A program made the translations under genes and the position numbers. The notes under the pieces were generated by a model that was given only the letters and a program-made list of their open reading frames with translations, had not been told where the DNA came from and searched no databases. A DNA stretch of 64,000 nucleotides, from contig CBDCOS010000004.1 in the NCBI GenBank assembly GCA_965219905.1, positions 48,696-112,695 on the forward strand. The letters are read 5' to 3'. The stretch's first letter is position 1, and each line of letters begins with the position of its first letter. This stretch comes from an uncultured Candidatus Binatia bacterium (GTDB lineage Bacteria; Desulfobacterota; Binatia; UBA9968; JAJDTQ01). This document shows, in pieces, positions 53,210 through 61,795 of the stretch.

Positions 53210-54963
53210 CGGAAGGCGAGGCTGACAAGAACCAGGAAACATCGACTGCCGAGGACGACTTCGAGTCTTTGTTCGAGGAAAGCCTGCAGGCGGTGCAGCC
53301 CGGCGGCGTGGTCACCGGCAAGGTAGTCGATATCAACCCCACCCACGTGGTGGTGGACGTGGGCTACAAGACCGAGGGCCGGATTTCGGTGCAGGAGTTC
53401 CAGGACCGCGAGGGAGCGCTGCAGGTGAACGTCGGCGACGACGTGGATGTCTTCTTCGAGTCTCCCGAGGGGGACCGGGGAGAGATCGTGCTCTCCCGCC
53501 AGAAGGCCGAGAGCATCAAGGTCTGGGACCGGATCGAGAAGGCGTACGAGCAGATGACGCCCGTCGACGGGACCATCGTCGCGAGGGTCAAGGGCGGGTT
53601 CAAGGTGGACGTGGGGGTGGATGGCTTCCTTCCCGGATCCCACGTGGACATCCGGCCCACCCGGAATCTCGACCAGTTCGTGGGCAAACAGGACCGGTTC
53701 ACCATCCTCAAGTACAACAGGATGCGCGACAACGTCGTGGTCTCCCGCAAGGTGCTGCTCGAGAAGGAACGGGAAGTGCTCAAGAAGGAGACCCTTGCCG
53801 TCCTCGACGAGGGAGTGATCCTGGAAGGCGTCGTCAAGAACATCACGGACTACGGCGCTTTCGTGGACGTGGGGGGCATCGACGGGATCCTGCACATCAC
53901 CGACATGTCGTGGGGACGGGTCAACCACCCGAGCGACCTGCTCAGCATCGGTGAGACCATCCGGGTGGTGGTGCTCAAGTTCGACAAGGAGCGGGAGCGG
54001 ATCTCGCTCGGCATGAAGCAGATCACCCCCGATCCCTGGGAGTCGGTGTCGGAACGGTACCCGGTGGACTCCAAGATCACCGGCAAGGTGGTGGGTCTCA
54101 CCGACTACGGCGCCTTCGTGGAGCTGGAGAAGGGAGTCGAGGGACTCATCCACGTGTCCGAGATGTCCTGGGCGAAGAAGCTCTCGCACCCCTCGAAGGT
54201 GGTCCAGGTCGGCGAGACCGTGGAGGCCATGGTGCTGAACGTGGACCCGGGACGGCGGCGCATCTCGCTGGGGCTGCGCCAGGTGCTGCCGAACCCGTGG
54301 TTTCTGGCGAAGGAGAAATACCCCGAGGGCAGCGTCGTCAAGGGGCCGGTACGCAACATCACGGACTTCGGGGTGTTCGTCGGCGTCGAGGAAGGCATCG
54401 ACGGCTTGATTCACATCTCGGACCTGGACTGGACCAAGAAGATCAAGCACCCCTCGGAGCTGTACAAGAAGGGCGACATGGTGGAAGCCAGGGTGCTCGG
54501 GGTCGACCCCCAGGTGGAGCGCTTCTCGCTCGGGGTGAAGCAGTTGACCATGGACCCCTGGGAACGCGTGGTCAACGAGCATCCGCCCGGTTCCCGGGTC
54601 ACCGGCGAGGTCGTCCGGGTACTGGATTTCGGCGTCTTCGTACGCGTGGCCGAAGGAGTGGAGGGGCTGATCCACGTGTCTCAACTGAGCACGGAGCACG
54701 TCGACAAACCTTCGAGTCTCCACCAGGTGGGCGACGTCGTCGAGACGGAGGTGGTCAACGTCGACCTCCAGGAACGGAAGATCGGGCTCAGCATCCGGGC
54801 GCTCAAGCGGTCGGAAGAGAGAGAGGAGCTGGAGACCTATCTCAAACGCGAGAAGGAGGCCGGACGGTTCTCGTTCGAGACCATCCTGAACGAGGAGTTG
54901 AAGCTGGACCGGGAAGGCCGGTCCGAGGCGACGACGGAAGACGGCGACAAGGAAACGGAATAG
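53206..54963 (+). CDS. rpsA: 30S ribosomal protein S1
   Basis: Six S1 repeats, for example GVVKNITDYGAFVDVGGIDGILHITDMSW. Confidence 0.93.
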   Translation: MTEGEADKNQETSTAEDDFESLFEESLQAVQPGGVVTGKVVDINPTHVVVDVGYKTEGRISVQEFQDREGALQVNVGDDVDVFFESPEGDRGEIVLSRQKAESIKVWDRIEKAYEQMTPVDGTIVARVKGGFKVDVGVDGFLPGSHVDIRPTRNLDQFVGKQDRFTILKYNRMRDNVVVSRKVLLEKEREVLKKETLAVLDEGVILEGVVKNITDYGAFVDVGGIDGILHITDMSWGRVNHPSDLLSIGETIRVVVLKFDKERERISLGMKQITPDPWESVSERYPVDSKITGKVVGLTDYGAFVELEKGVEGLIHVSEMSWAKKLSHPSKVVQVGETVEAMVLNVDPGRRRISLGLRQVLPNPWFLAKEKYPEGSVVKGPVRNITDFGVFVGVEEGIDGLIHISDLDWTKKIKHPSELYKKGDMVEARVLGVDPQVERFSLGVKQLTMDPWERVVNEHPPGSRVTGEVVRVLDFGVFVRVAEGVEGLIHVSQLSTEHVDKPSSLHQVGDVVETEVVNVDLQERKIGLSIRALKRSEEREELETYLKREKEAGRFSFETILNEELKLDREGRSEATTEDGDKETE

Positions 54964-54993
54964 CTTGCGCCGAAGATCTTTTCGGGGAGCTGC

Positions 54994-55296
54994 ATGACCA
55001 AGCGAGACCTGATCGAAGAAATCAATGACCGGTTTTCCCACCTGTCGCGGTTTGATGCGGAGGTGATCGTCAACTCCGTCTTCGATTCCCTGATCGCGGC
55101 TCTCCAGCGCGAGGAACGGATCGAGATCCGGGGCTTCGGCAGTTTCGTGGTCAAGCACAGGCGGGCCCGGGACGGACGCAACCCCAAGACCGGGGAGATC
55201 GTATCCGTGTCCTCCAAGAGAGTCCCTTTCTTCAAGGTCGGCAAGGAGTTGCGCCTGCGGGTGAACCAGAGCCCCGCCGTCGAGGACGGCGGTTAG
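54994..55296 (+). CDS. ihfB: Integration host factor beta subunit (HU/IHF family)
   Basis: ERIEIRGFGSF...RNPKTGE...VPFFKVGKELR closely parallels E. coli IHF-beta. The position after cmk-rpsA matches the classical arrangement. Confidence 0.85.
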   Translation: MTKRDLIEEINDRFSHLSRFDAEVIVNSVFDSLIAALQREERIEIRGFGSFVVKHRRARDGRNPKTGEIVSVSSKRVPFFKVGKELRLRVNQSPAVEDGG

Positions 55297-55414
55297 CGGC
55301 CCGCGCCACCCGGGCGTACATCACGCGTGGTTTGGTTTACGGACTTCCGAGACCCCTCACCGGACTCCGAGGAAAACCGCAACGGCACAAAATGGCTTGG
55401 CAGGAGGTACTGGC

Positions 55415-56812
55415 GTGCAATCCATCAAGACCCTGGACGAACTGAAACGAAGCGGCATGGCGGTGCGCTCTGTGCGCGACGAGATGCGCGACAATCTCAT
55501 GAGACGTCTCAAGTCCGGCGAAAGGATCCTGCCGGGCATCGTGGGCTACGACGAGACCGTGATTCCGGAAATCGAGAACGCGATCCTGTCGGGTCATCAC
55601 ATGGTCTTCCTCGGAGAGCGGGGCCAGGCCAAGTCGCGCATCATCCGCGGCCTTACGACGTTGCTGGACGAAAAGACCCCGAGGGTGAAAGGGTGCGAGA
55701 TCAACTGCGATCCCTGCAACGTGATATGCGCTCCGCGCCGGTGCCCGCTGGCCGCGAAGGGAGACGATCTTGAAGTGGAGTGGATCGGCCGGGAACAGCG
55801 GTACGGCGAGAAGCTGGCCACCCCGGACGTTTCCATCGCCGACCTGATCGGCGAGATCGATCCCATCAAGGTCGCGGAAGGACGGTACCTGGCGGACGAG
55901 GAGACCATCCACTACGGTCTCATCCCCCGCACCAACCGCGGCATCTTCGCCGTCAACGAGCTCCCGGACCTCACGGAGAAGGTCCAGGTGGGGCTGTTCA
56001 ACCTGATGGAGGAGAGGGACGTCCAGATCAAGGGATACAAGATCCGTCTGCCCCTGGATGTGGTCATCGTGGCCAGCGCGAACCCGGAAGACTACACCAG
56101 CCGGGGACGCATCATCACCCCGCTCAAGGACCGCTTCGACGTCCAGATCCGGACCCACTATCCGCGCACGGTCGAGCACGAAATCGATATCATGGAGCAG
56201 GAATCCGCACCCATCGACAACCGCAGCCATGGAGTGATGATTCCGGACTTCATGAAGGAGGTGCTGGGCCACCTGACGTTCGAGGCCCGGAATTCGAGCG
56301 AGATCAACCAGTCCTCCGGAGTCAGCGTCCGCGTCAGCATCAACAACTACGAGAGCATGATCAGCAACGCGGAAAAGCGCGCGTTGCGTGTCGGCGAGAC
56401 CGCCATCGTGCCGCGGGTCAGCGACCTCCACGCGGTCCTGCCGTCCACCTGCGGAAAGATCGAGGTGGAGTACGTAGGCGAGGAAAAGAACGAGGAGGAT
56501 CTCATCGAACGGCTCCTGAACCGGGCGATTCTCAAGACCTTCGATGGCCGCTTCGACGTCAACTCCCTGCAAAGCGTCATCGAGTACTTCAACTCGGGCT
56601 GGGGGGTGGAGGTTTCCGACGAGATGCGCTCCGAGGACTACCTCGAAGGCATCAAGGAGATCCCGGGTCTGCAGGAAGCCATCCGTTCCCTGGGGGACGT
56701 CGACTCGCCCGAGTTCCTGGCTTCAGCCACCGAATTGGTGCTGGAAGGCCTGCATCTGCACCAGAAGCTCAACAAGGAGGCCGAAGGGGGCCGGATCACC
56801 TATGGGAAGTGA
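55415..56812 (+). CDS. ChlI/Mg-chelatase-like AAA+ ATPase (uncharacterised subfamily)
   Basis: Walker A FLGERGQAKS, Walker B-like IFAVNELPD, and sensor region VIVASANPEDY. AGGAGG lies 7 nt before GTG 55415; the track ORF starts at TTG 55397. Confidence 0.75.
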   Translation: MQSIKTLDELKRSGMAVRSVRDEMRDNLMRRLKSGERILPGIVGYDETVIPEIENAILSGHHMVFLGERGQAKSRIIRGLTTLLDEKTPRVKGCEINCDPCNVICAPRRCPLAAKGDDLEVEWIGREQRYGEKLATPDVSIADLIGEIDPIKVAEGRYLADEETIHYGLIPRTNRGIFAVNELPDLTEKVQVGLFNLMEERDVQIKGYKIRLPLDVVIVASANPEDYTSRGRIITPLKDRFDVQIRTHYPRTVEHEIDIMEQESAPIDNRSHGVMIPDFMKEVLGHLTFEARNSSEINQSSGVSVRVSINNYESMISNAEKRALRVGETAIVPRVSDLHAVLPSTCGKIEVEYVGEEKNEEDLIERLLNRAILKTFDGRFDVNSLQSVIEYFNSGWGVEVSDEMRSEDYLEGIKEIPGLQEAIRSLGDVDSPEFLASATELVLEGLHLHQKLNKEAEGGRITYGK

Positions 56813-56885
56813 TTGCCGGCTCAAGGGCCGCAAGCTGCCTGCAGGGACCGCTGCCTCGCGCGGCGCGGGCCGCGGTTGACCCGTC

Positions 56886-58478
56886 ATGATACACGCCCGC
56901 TACAGTCGCTGGAACGGAGCCGGGGAAAGGTCGGTCAGGTCGGACGACGTGTTCGACCAGCTCAACGAGCACCTGGACGAGACCGGCGACCTGCAACAGT
57001 CCATGCGCCGTCTGATGCAGCGCGGCATGGGCGAGGACGAGGAGCGGGTGGCCGGCCTCGACGACCTGTTGTCACAGGTGGCCCGGGAAAAGCGGCGGAT
57101 GTACGAGCAATACCAGATCCGGTCGGCCCTCGACGAGATCCAGGAGGCGCTGCAGGACATCGTCGCCCGAGAACGGGACACTCTGAAACAGAAACCCGAC
57201 CGGGCCGAGGCCGAGAAGAAGGACGAGTTCCTCCAGCACCTGCCGCCGAAGCTGAGCGACGCCATCGAGCGGCTGGCCGGCTACGGTTTCGAGAACCCCG
57301 AGGCGAAGCAGGACTTCGAGGAGATCCTGTCCCAACTGGACAAGATCCGCCGTCTGGAAAACTACATTCGACGTGAAGGAAACCTGTTCAGAGGCCAGGA
57401 ATCGTTGAATTTCGAGGAAGCCTCGGAGCTTCAGGAACGCATGGAGGGCCTTCAGAAGCTGGAGGGCCAGTTGTCCAGCAGCCAGCCCAAGGACGTGGAC
57501 ATGGACCTGCTCAACAGCCTTCTCGGAGCCCAGGCCCAGGAGGACTACGAGGGCGTCATGCGGCTGGAGTCGTCCCTGGAGGACGGCGGATACGTGGTGG
57601 ACAAGGGCGACCACTTCGAGCTGACGCCCCGCGGGGTGCGGCGCATCGGCCAGATCGCCTTGAGGGACATCTACAAGCAGTTGAGCCGGGACGCCGCCGG
57701 GCGGCACCAGATCGCCCGCCACGGCTCCCAGGAGATGGTCCCCGAGTCCAGCAGGCCCTACGTCTCCGGCGACCCGTTGAACCTCAATCTCAACGAGACC
57801 CTCAGGAGCGCCCTGCGGCGCGACGCGACGCTGCCGCTCAACCTGGAGCCCAGGGACTTCATGGTGTTCGACTCGCAGTACTCCACCCGGGCCGCCACCG
57901 TGTTGCTGCTGGACATGAGCTGGTCCATGAGCTGGGACGGCCGCTTCGCGGCGGCCAAGAAGGTCGCCCTGGCCATGGAGTCCCTGTGCCGCTCCAAGTA
58001 TCCTCAGGACTATTTCGGCATCGTCGGCTTCTTCACCCGCGCGGTGGAGTTGAAGGCGAAGGATCTGCCGGAAGCCACCTGGAACATGGGAGACCCCTTC
58101 ACCAACCTTCAGGACGGTCTCCATCTGGCCATCGACATGCTGAAGAAGCGGAGCTCGACCCGCAACCAGCAGATCATCGTGATCACCGACGGCCAGCCCA
58201 CGGCGTATTGCCGTCAGGGGCGGCTTTACTGCGAATGGCCGCTGAGCTTCGGGGGCATCAGCCAGCGCGCGGCCGAAGAGACCCTGAAGGAAGCGAAACG
58301 GGTCACCCAGCGGGGCATCACCATCAACACGTTCATGCTCGACGACAGTCCGGTGTTGAAGGGCTTCGTGGACGAGATGACCCGACTCAACAAGGGCCGC
58401 GCCTTCTACACCCGTCCCGATCGTCTGGGACAGTACCTCCTGGTGGACTACCTGCTGGGCCAGCGGCGCAAGGTTTAG
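56886..58478 (+). CDS. von Willebrand factor A (vWA) domain protein with a long coiled-coil N-terminal region
   Basis: MIDAS-like LLLDMSWSM, TNLQDG and IVITDGQPT. The N-terminal 300 aa are E/R/L-rich helices. Confidence 0.8.
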   Translation: MIHARYSRWNGAGERSVRSDDVFDQLNEHLDETGDLQQSMRRLMQRGMGEDEERVAGLDDLLSQVAREKRRMYEQYQIRSALDEIQEALQDIVARERDTLKQKPDRAEAEKKDEFLQHLPPKLSDAIERLAGYGFENPEAKQDFEEILSQLDKIRRLENYIRREGNLFRGQESLNFEEASELQERMEGLQKLEGQLSSSQPKDVDMDLLNSLLGAQAQEDYEGVMRLESSLEDGGYVVDKGDHFELTPRGVRRIGQIALRDIYKQLSRDAAGRHQIARHGSQEMVPESSRPYVSGDPLNLNLNETLRSALRRDATLPLNLEPRDFMVFDSQYSTRAATVLLLDMSWSMSWDGRFAAAKKVALAMESLCRSKYPQDYFGIVGFFTRAVELKAKDLPEATWNMGDPFTNLQDGLHLAIDMLKKRSSTRNQQIIVITDGQPTAYCRQGRLYCEWPLSFGGISQRAAEETLKEAKRVTQRGITINTFMLDDSPVLKGFVDEMTRLNKGRAFYTRPDRLGQYLLVDYLLGQRRKV

Positions 58479-58638
58479 TGTGGTGTCTGGCTAACTCGCA
58501 GCATAATCTGCGGGTCTTTTTCGCCGTCGGCTGCGTTGCTCTTCCTCGCGTGGTACCCGCCACTGCTCGTCATCGCGCCTTGCCGACGACGAAAAATCCT
58601 CCGCATCTTATGCTGCGAATTAACCAGACACCACACTA
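58476..58638. mobile_element. 163-bp MITE-like long-hairpin element, copy 2
   Basis: Arms 58476-58513 / 58601-58638 pair at 34 of 38 positions. The core matches copy 1. Its first three nt (TAG) are the stop codon of the vWA gene. Confidence 0.85.
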
Positions 58639-58736
58639 GCGCCCGCTCATCATCCCGCGTTCTTCACTCGTTCCTCCGAAACCGGGGCGGATGGTCCGGC
58701 GCCCTGCCGCTGCTGACCGCTCCGGTCAAAGATAGC

Positions 58737-58766
58737 TTGAAAGTAATATAGGCCGAATGCTATATT
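58737..58766 (+). promoter_or_regulatory. Candidate sigma70-like promoter in a locally AT-rich patch
   Basis: TTGAAA (58737-58742), an 18-nt spacer, then TATATT (58761-58766), about 65 nt upstream of the XRE gene. Confidence 0.3.
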
Positions 58767-58829
58767 GCTTTGAGGATCGGTTGGCCGTCGAGCGCATCGG
58801 CCGCCGTCCGGAGATGCTGAAAGGACGGG

Positions 58830-59201
58830 ATGACGGCAATGGCTCTGAAGGAAAAGGTGTCGCAGTTCACTCCCGAACGTCGCCGACGGATCGAGGAGGA
58901 AGCCGAGCGGCTGCATCAGGAGTATCTGACCCTGCAGGATCTACGGAAAGCGAAGGCGCTCACCCAGACCCAGTTGGCGGAAACCCTGGGCATACGCCAG
59001 TCGACCGTAGCCCAGATGGAGAAGCGCAACGACCTGCTGATTTCCACCTTGCGGGGTTACATCGAGGCCATCGGCGGGCGTCTGGACCTGGTGGTTGCGT
59101 TTCCTGACCGGGTGCCGGTCCACATCGGCGGGCTTGGCGAGGCCGACGGGCTGGAAAAGATCCCTCGGACCCTGGAAGGGGATGTGGCCGGGGGGTCATG
59201 A
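58830..59201 (+). CDS. XRE-family helix-turn-helix protein (HigA-like antitoxin architecture)
   Basis: LTQTQLAETLGIRQSTVAQMEKRN (HTH), then LISTLRGYIEAIGGRLDLVVAFPD. The alternative start is ATG 58839. Confidence 0.75.
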   Translation: MTAMALKEKVSQFTPERRRRIEEEAERLHQEYLTLQDLRKAKALTQTQLAETLGIRQSTVAQMEKRNDLLISTLRGYIEAIGGRLDLVVAFPDRVPVHIGGLGEADGLEKIPRTLEGDVAGGS

Positions 59202-61795
59202 TGGAGCGGACGCAGCCCACGCCCATGATGCACCAATACCTGGAGATCAAGGACCGCCACCAGGATGCGATCCTGTTCTTCCGGCTCGGCGACTTCTACG
59301 AGATGTTCTTCGAGGATGCGGAAAAGGCGTCCAAGGTCCTGGACATCGCCCTGACGAGCCGCAACCGCAACAACGGTGCGCCGGTTCCCCTGTGCGGCGT
59401 GCCCCACCACGCGGCCACCCCCTACATCGGCAAGCTCCTGTCCGCCGGATTCAAGGTGGCGGTCTGCGAGCAGACCGAGGACCCCAAGCTGGCCAAGGGC
59501 GTGGTGCGGCGCGAGGTCATCAAGGTCATCAGCCCCGGCACTCTCACGGAGGGGGAAGGGCTCGAGTCCGACGTCAACAACTTCCTCGTGGCGGTTACCG
59601 GTTCCCGCGACGAATACGGGCTGTCCTTCACCGACGTCACCACCGGCGAGTTCCGGTTCACCCAGCTTACCGGGTACACGGCTCTGGCCAACGAGCTCGG
59701 GCGGATTCAGCCCCGGGAGCTGCTGGTCCCGGAGGCCCGGTCCGCCTCCCTCGGACGCCTTCGGGAGGACTATGCCGAGGTGCACTGCACCACCGGTCCG
59801 GACTCGTGGTTCTCTGCCGCCGCGGTCCAGAAACTGAACAGCGCCGGCATCTACCAGGGGCCACATGACGAGTGGCCGCTGGGAGTCCGCGCCGCCGGCG
59901 CCATCCTGGCCTATCTGGAAGACCGTTCCCCCGGGGCGGCGAAGGTGTTGACCTCCCTGGAGCCGTACCGGGCGTCGCGCTTCCTCATGCTGGACGAGAC
60001 CACCCAGGCCAATCTCGAGCTCCTGCGCAGCTTCGACGGCGGCAGGCGCGCCTCCCTGCTGGGGGTCCTGGAGCCGGCGCGCACGGCCATGGGGGCGCGG
60101 GAGCTGCGCAAATGGATCCTCTTTCCGCTGCTGGACGAGCAGGAGATCCGCCGCCGGCAGGAGGCCGTCGAGGAGCTGCTGGACGACCCGGGGCTGCGGC
60201 GGCGGTTGCGGGACGCCCTGGGCGGGGTTCAGGACCTGGAGCGTCTCTCCGGGCGCGTGGCATCGCGGTCGGCAACGCCCCGGGACCTCACCGCCGTCAA
60301 GGACACGTTGCTTGCGCTGGAGGGGGTGCGCGGGGAGCTGCAGCCGTGCGGCAGCGAGTTGCTCGCGGGGCTGCGGTCGGGGTTGGGCTCGGTGCCGGAA
60401 GTGGTGGAGCTGGTGGAACGGGCGGTGGTGGACGAGCCGCCGGCCACGGTCCGGGGCGGCGGCTTCGTGCGCCCGGGCTTCGATGACGAGCTGGATTCCC
60501 TGGCGGCGGTCCGCAGCAATGCCAAGGGCTGGATCGCCGAGCTTCAGCACCAGGAACGGCAGCGCACCGGGATACAATCCCTGAAGGTCCGTTACAACAA
60601 GGTGTTCGGGTACTACATCGAGGTGACCAAGGCCAACCTGCCCAACGTCCCGGAGGACTACATCCGGAAGCAGACCCTGGCCAACGGCGAGCGCTACATC
60701 ACCCCCGAGCTCAAGGACTACGAGGCTCGGGTGCTGGGCTCGGACGAAGAGATACTCAAGATCGAGGCCCGGATCTTCGCGGATCTGCTCGACCGCATCG
60801 GCGCCTACTATCGCCCCATGAAGGAATCGAGCCTCGCCCTGGCGAAGCTGGACACTCTCTTGGCGCTGGCGGAGACGGCCGAAACGCGGCGTTTCGTCCG
60901 GCCCCGGGTGGATTCCAGCCTGACCCTGTCCATGAGCGCGGCACGCCATCCCGTGGTGGAGGCCGCGTTGGGCCGGGGCGGCTTCGTGCCCAACGATTGC
61001 GGGATGGACCCCGAGACCACGCAGATCAAGCTGCTGACCGGGCCCAACATGGCCGGCAAGTCCACCTACATGAGGCAGGTGGCGCTGGTGGTGGTCCTGG
61101 CCCAGATGGGCAGCTTCGTGCCCGCGGATGCCGCCCACGTGGGACTGGTGGACCGCCTGTTCACCCGTTTCGGCGCCACCGATGCTCTGGCGTCCGGCGA
61201 ATCCACCTTCATGGTGGAGATGAAGGAGACGGCCCGCATCCTCAGGCTCGCTACCCCCCGGAGCCTGATATTGCTGGACGAGGTGGGACGCGGGACCAGC
61301 ACCTTCGACGGCATCTCCATCGCCTGGTCCCTGGCCGAGTTCCTGCACGAGTCGCCGCACCGGCCGCGGACCCTGTTCGCGACCCACTACCACGAGCTTA
61401 CGAGCCTGGCCCGGACCCGGCAGCGCGTGAAGAACTTCAACTTCGCGGTCAAGGAGTGGCAGGGGGAAGTGATCTTCCTGCGCACCCTGAAGGAGGGTCC
61501 GGCCAGCCGCAGCTACGGCATTCAGGTGGCCGGGCTCGCGGGGTTGCCGCGTCCCCTGATCGAGCGGGCCAGGGAGATCCTCGGGAATCTCGAGGGCGAG
61601 GAGCTGAACGCCTGGGGGCAGCCGCGGCTGGCGGGCGCCGAACCGGCGTCGGAAGGGGCTCAGTTGATGTTGTACGAGTCCCGGCGGGACCGGTTGCGCG
61701 AGAAGCTCGAGGCCGTCGACATCAATGCCCTTACCCCCCTGGAGGCGCTGAACCTCCTGGAGGGGCTCGTGGCGGAGGCGAGACGAGGAGGCTGA
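59198..61795 (+). CDS. mutS: DNA mismatch repair protein MutS
   Basis: TPMMHQYLEIK, FFRLGDFYEMF, Walker A GPNMAGKSTYMRQ and DEVGRGTSTFDG. Confidence 0.93.
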   Translation: MMERTQPTPMMHQYLEIKDRHQDAILFFRLGDFYEMFFEDAEKASKVLDIALTSRNRNNGAPVPLCGVPHHAATPYIGKLLSAGFKVAVCEQTEDPKLAKGVVRREVIKVISPGTLTEGEGLESDVNNFLVAVTGSRDEYGLSFTDVTTGEFRFTQLTGYTALANELGRIQPRELLVPEARSASLGRLREDYAEVHCTTGPDSWFSAAAVQKLNSAGIYQGPHDEWPLGVRAAGAILAYLEDRSPGAAKVLTSLEPYRASRFLMLDETTQANLELLRSFDGGRRASLLGVLEPARTAMGARELRKWILFPLLDEQEIRRRQEAVEELLDDPGLRRRLRDALGGVQDLERLSGRVASRSATPRDLTAVKDTLLALEGVRGELQPCGSELLAGLRSGLGSVPEVVELVERAVVDEPPATVRGGGFVRPGFDDELDSLAAVRSNAKGWIAELQHQERQRTGIQSLKVRYNKVFGYYIEVTKANLPNVPEDYIRKQTLANGERYITPELKDYEARVLGSDEEILKIEARIFADLLDRIGAYYRPMKESSLALAKLDTLLALAETAETRRFVRPRVDSSLTLSMSAARHPVVEAALGRGGFVPNDCGMDPETTQIKLLTGPNMAGKSTYMRQVALVVVLAQMGSFVPADAAHVGLVDRLFTRFGATDALASGESTFMVEMKETARILRLATPRSLILLDEVGRGTSTFDGISIAWSLAEFLHESPHRPRTLFATHYHELTSLARTRQRVKNFNFAVKEWQGEVIFLRTLKEGPASRSYGIQVAGLAGLPRPLIERAREILGNLEGEELNAWGQPRLAGAEPASEGAQLMLYESRRDRLREKLEAVDINALTPLEALNLLEGLVAEARRGG

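Noticed and set aside
52405-55158. 917-aa minus-strand ORF
   Set aside because: It is antisense to cmk, rpsA and ihfB. It has no recognisable domain.
29716-58638. The two same-orientation element copies delimiting a 29-kb composite mobile island
   Set aside because: The interval contains core housekeeping genes in classical synteny (pheA-hisC-tyrA-aroA-cmk-rpsA-ihfB). It has no mobility genes. The elements are 163-bp non-autonomous repeats.
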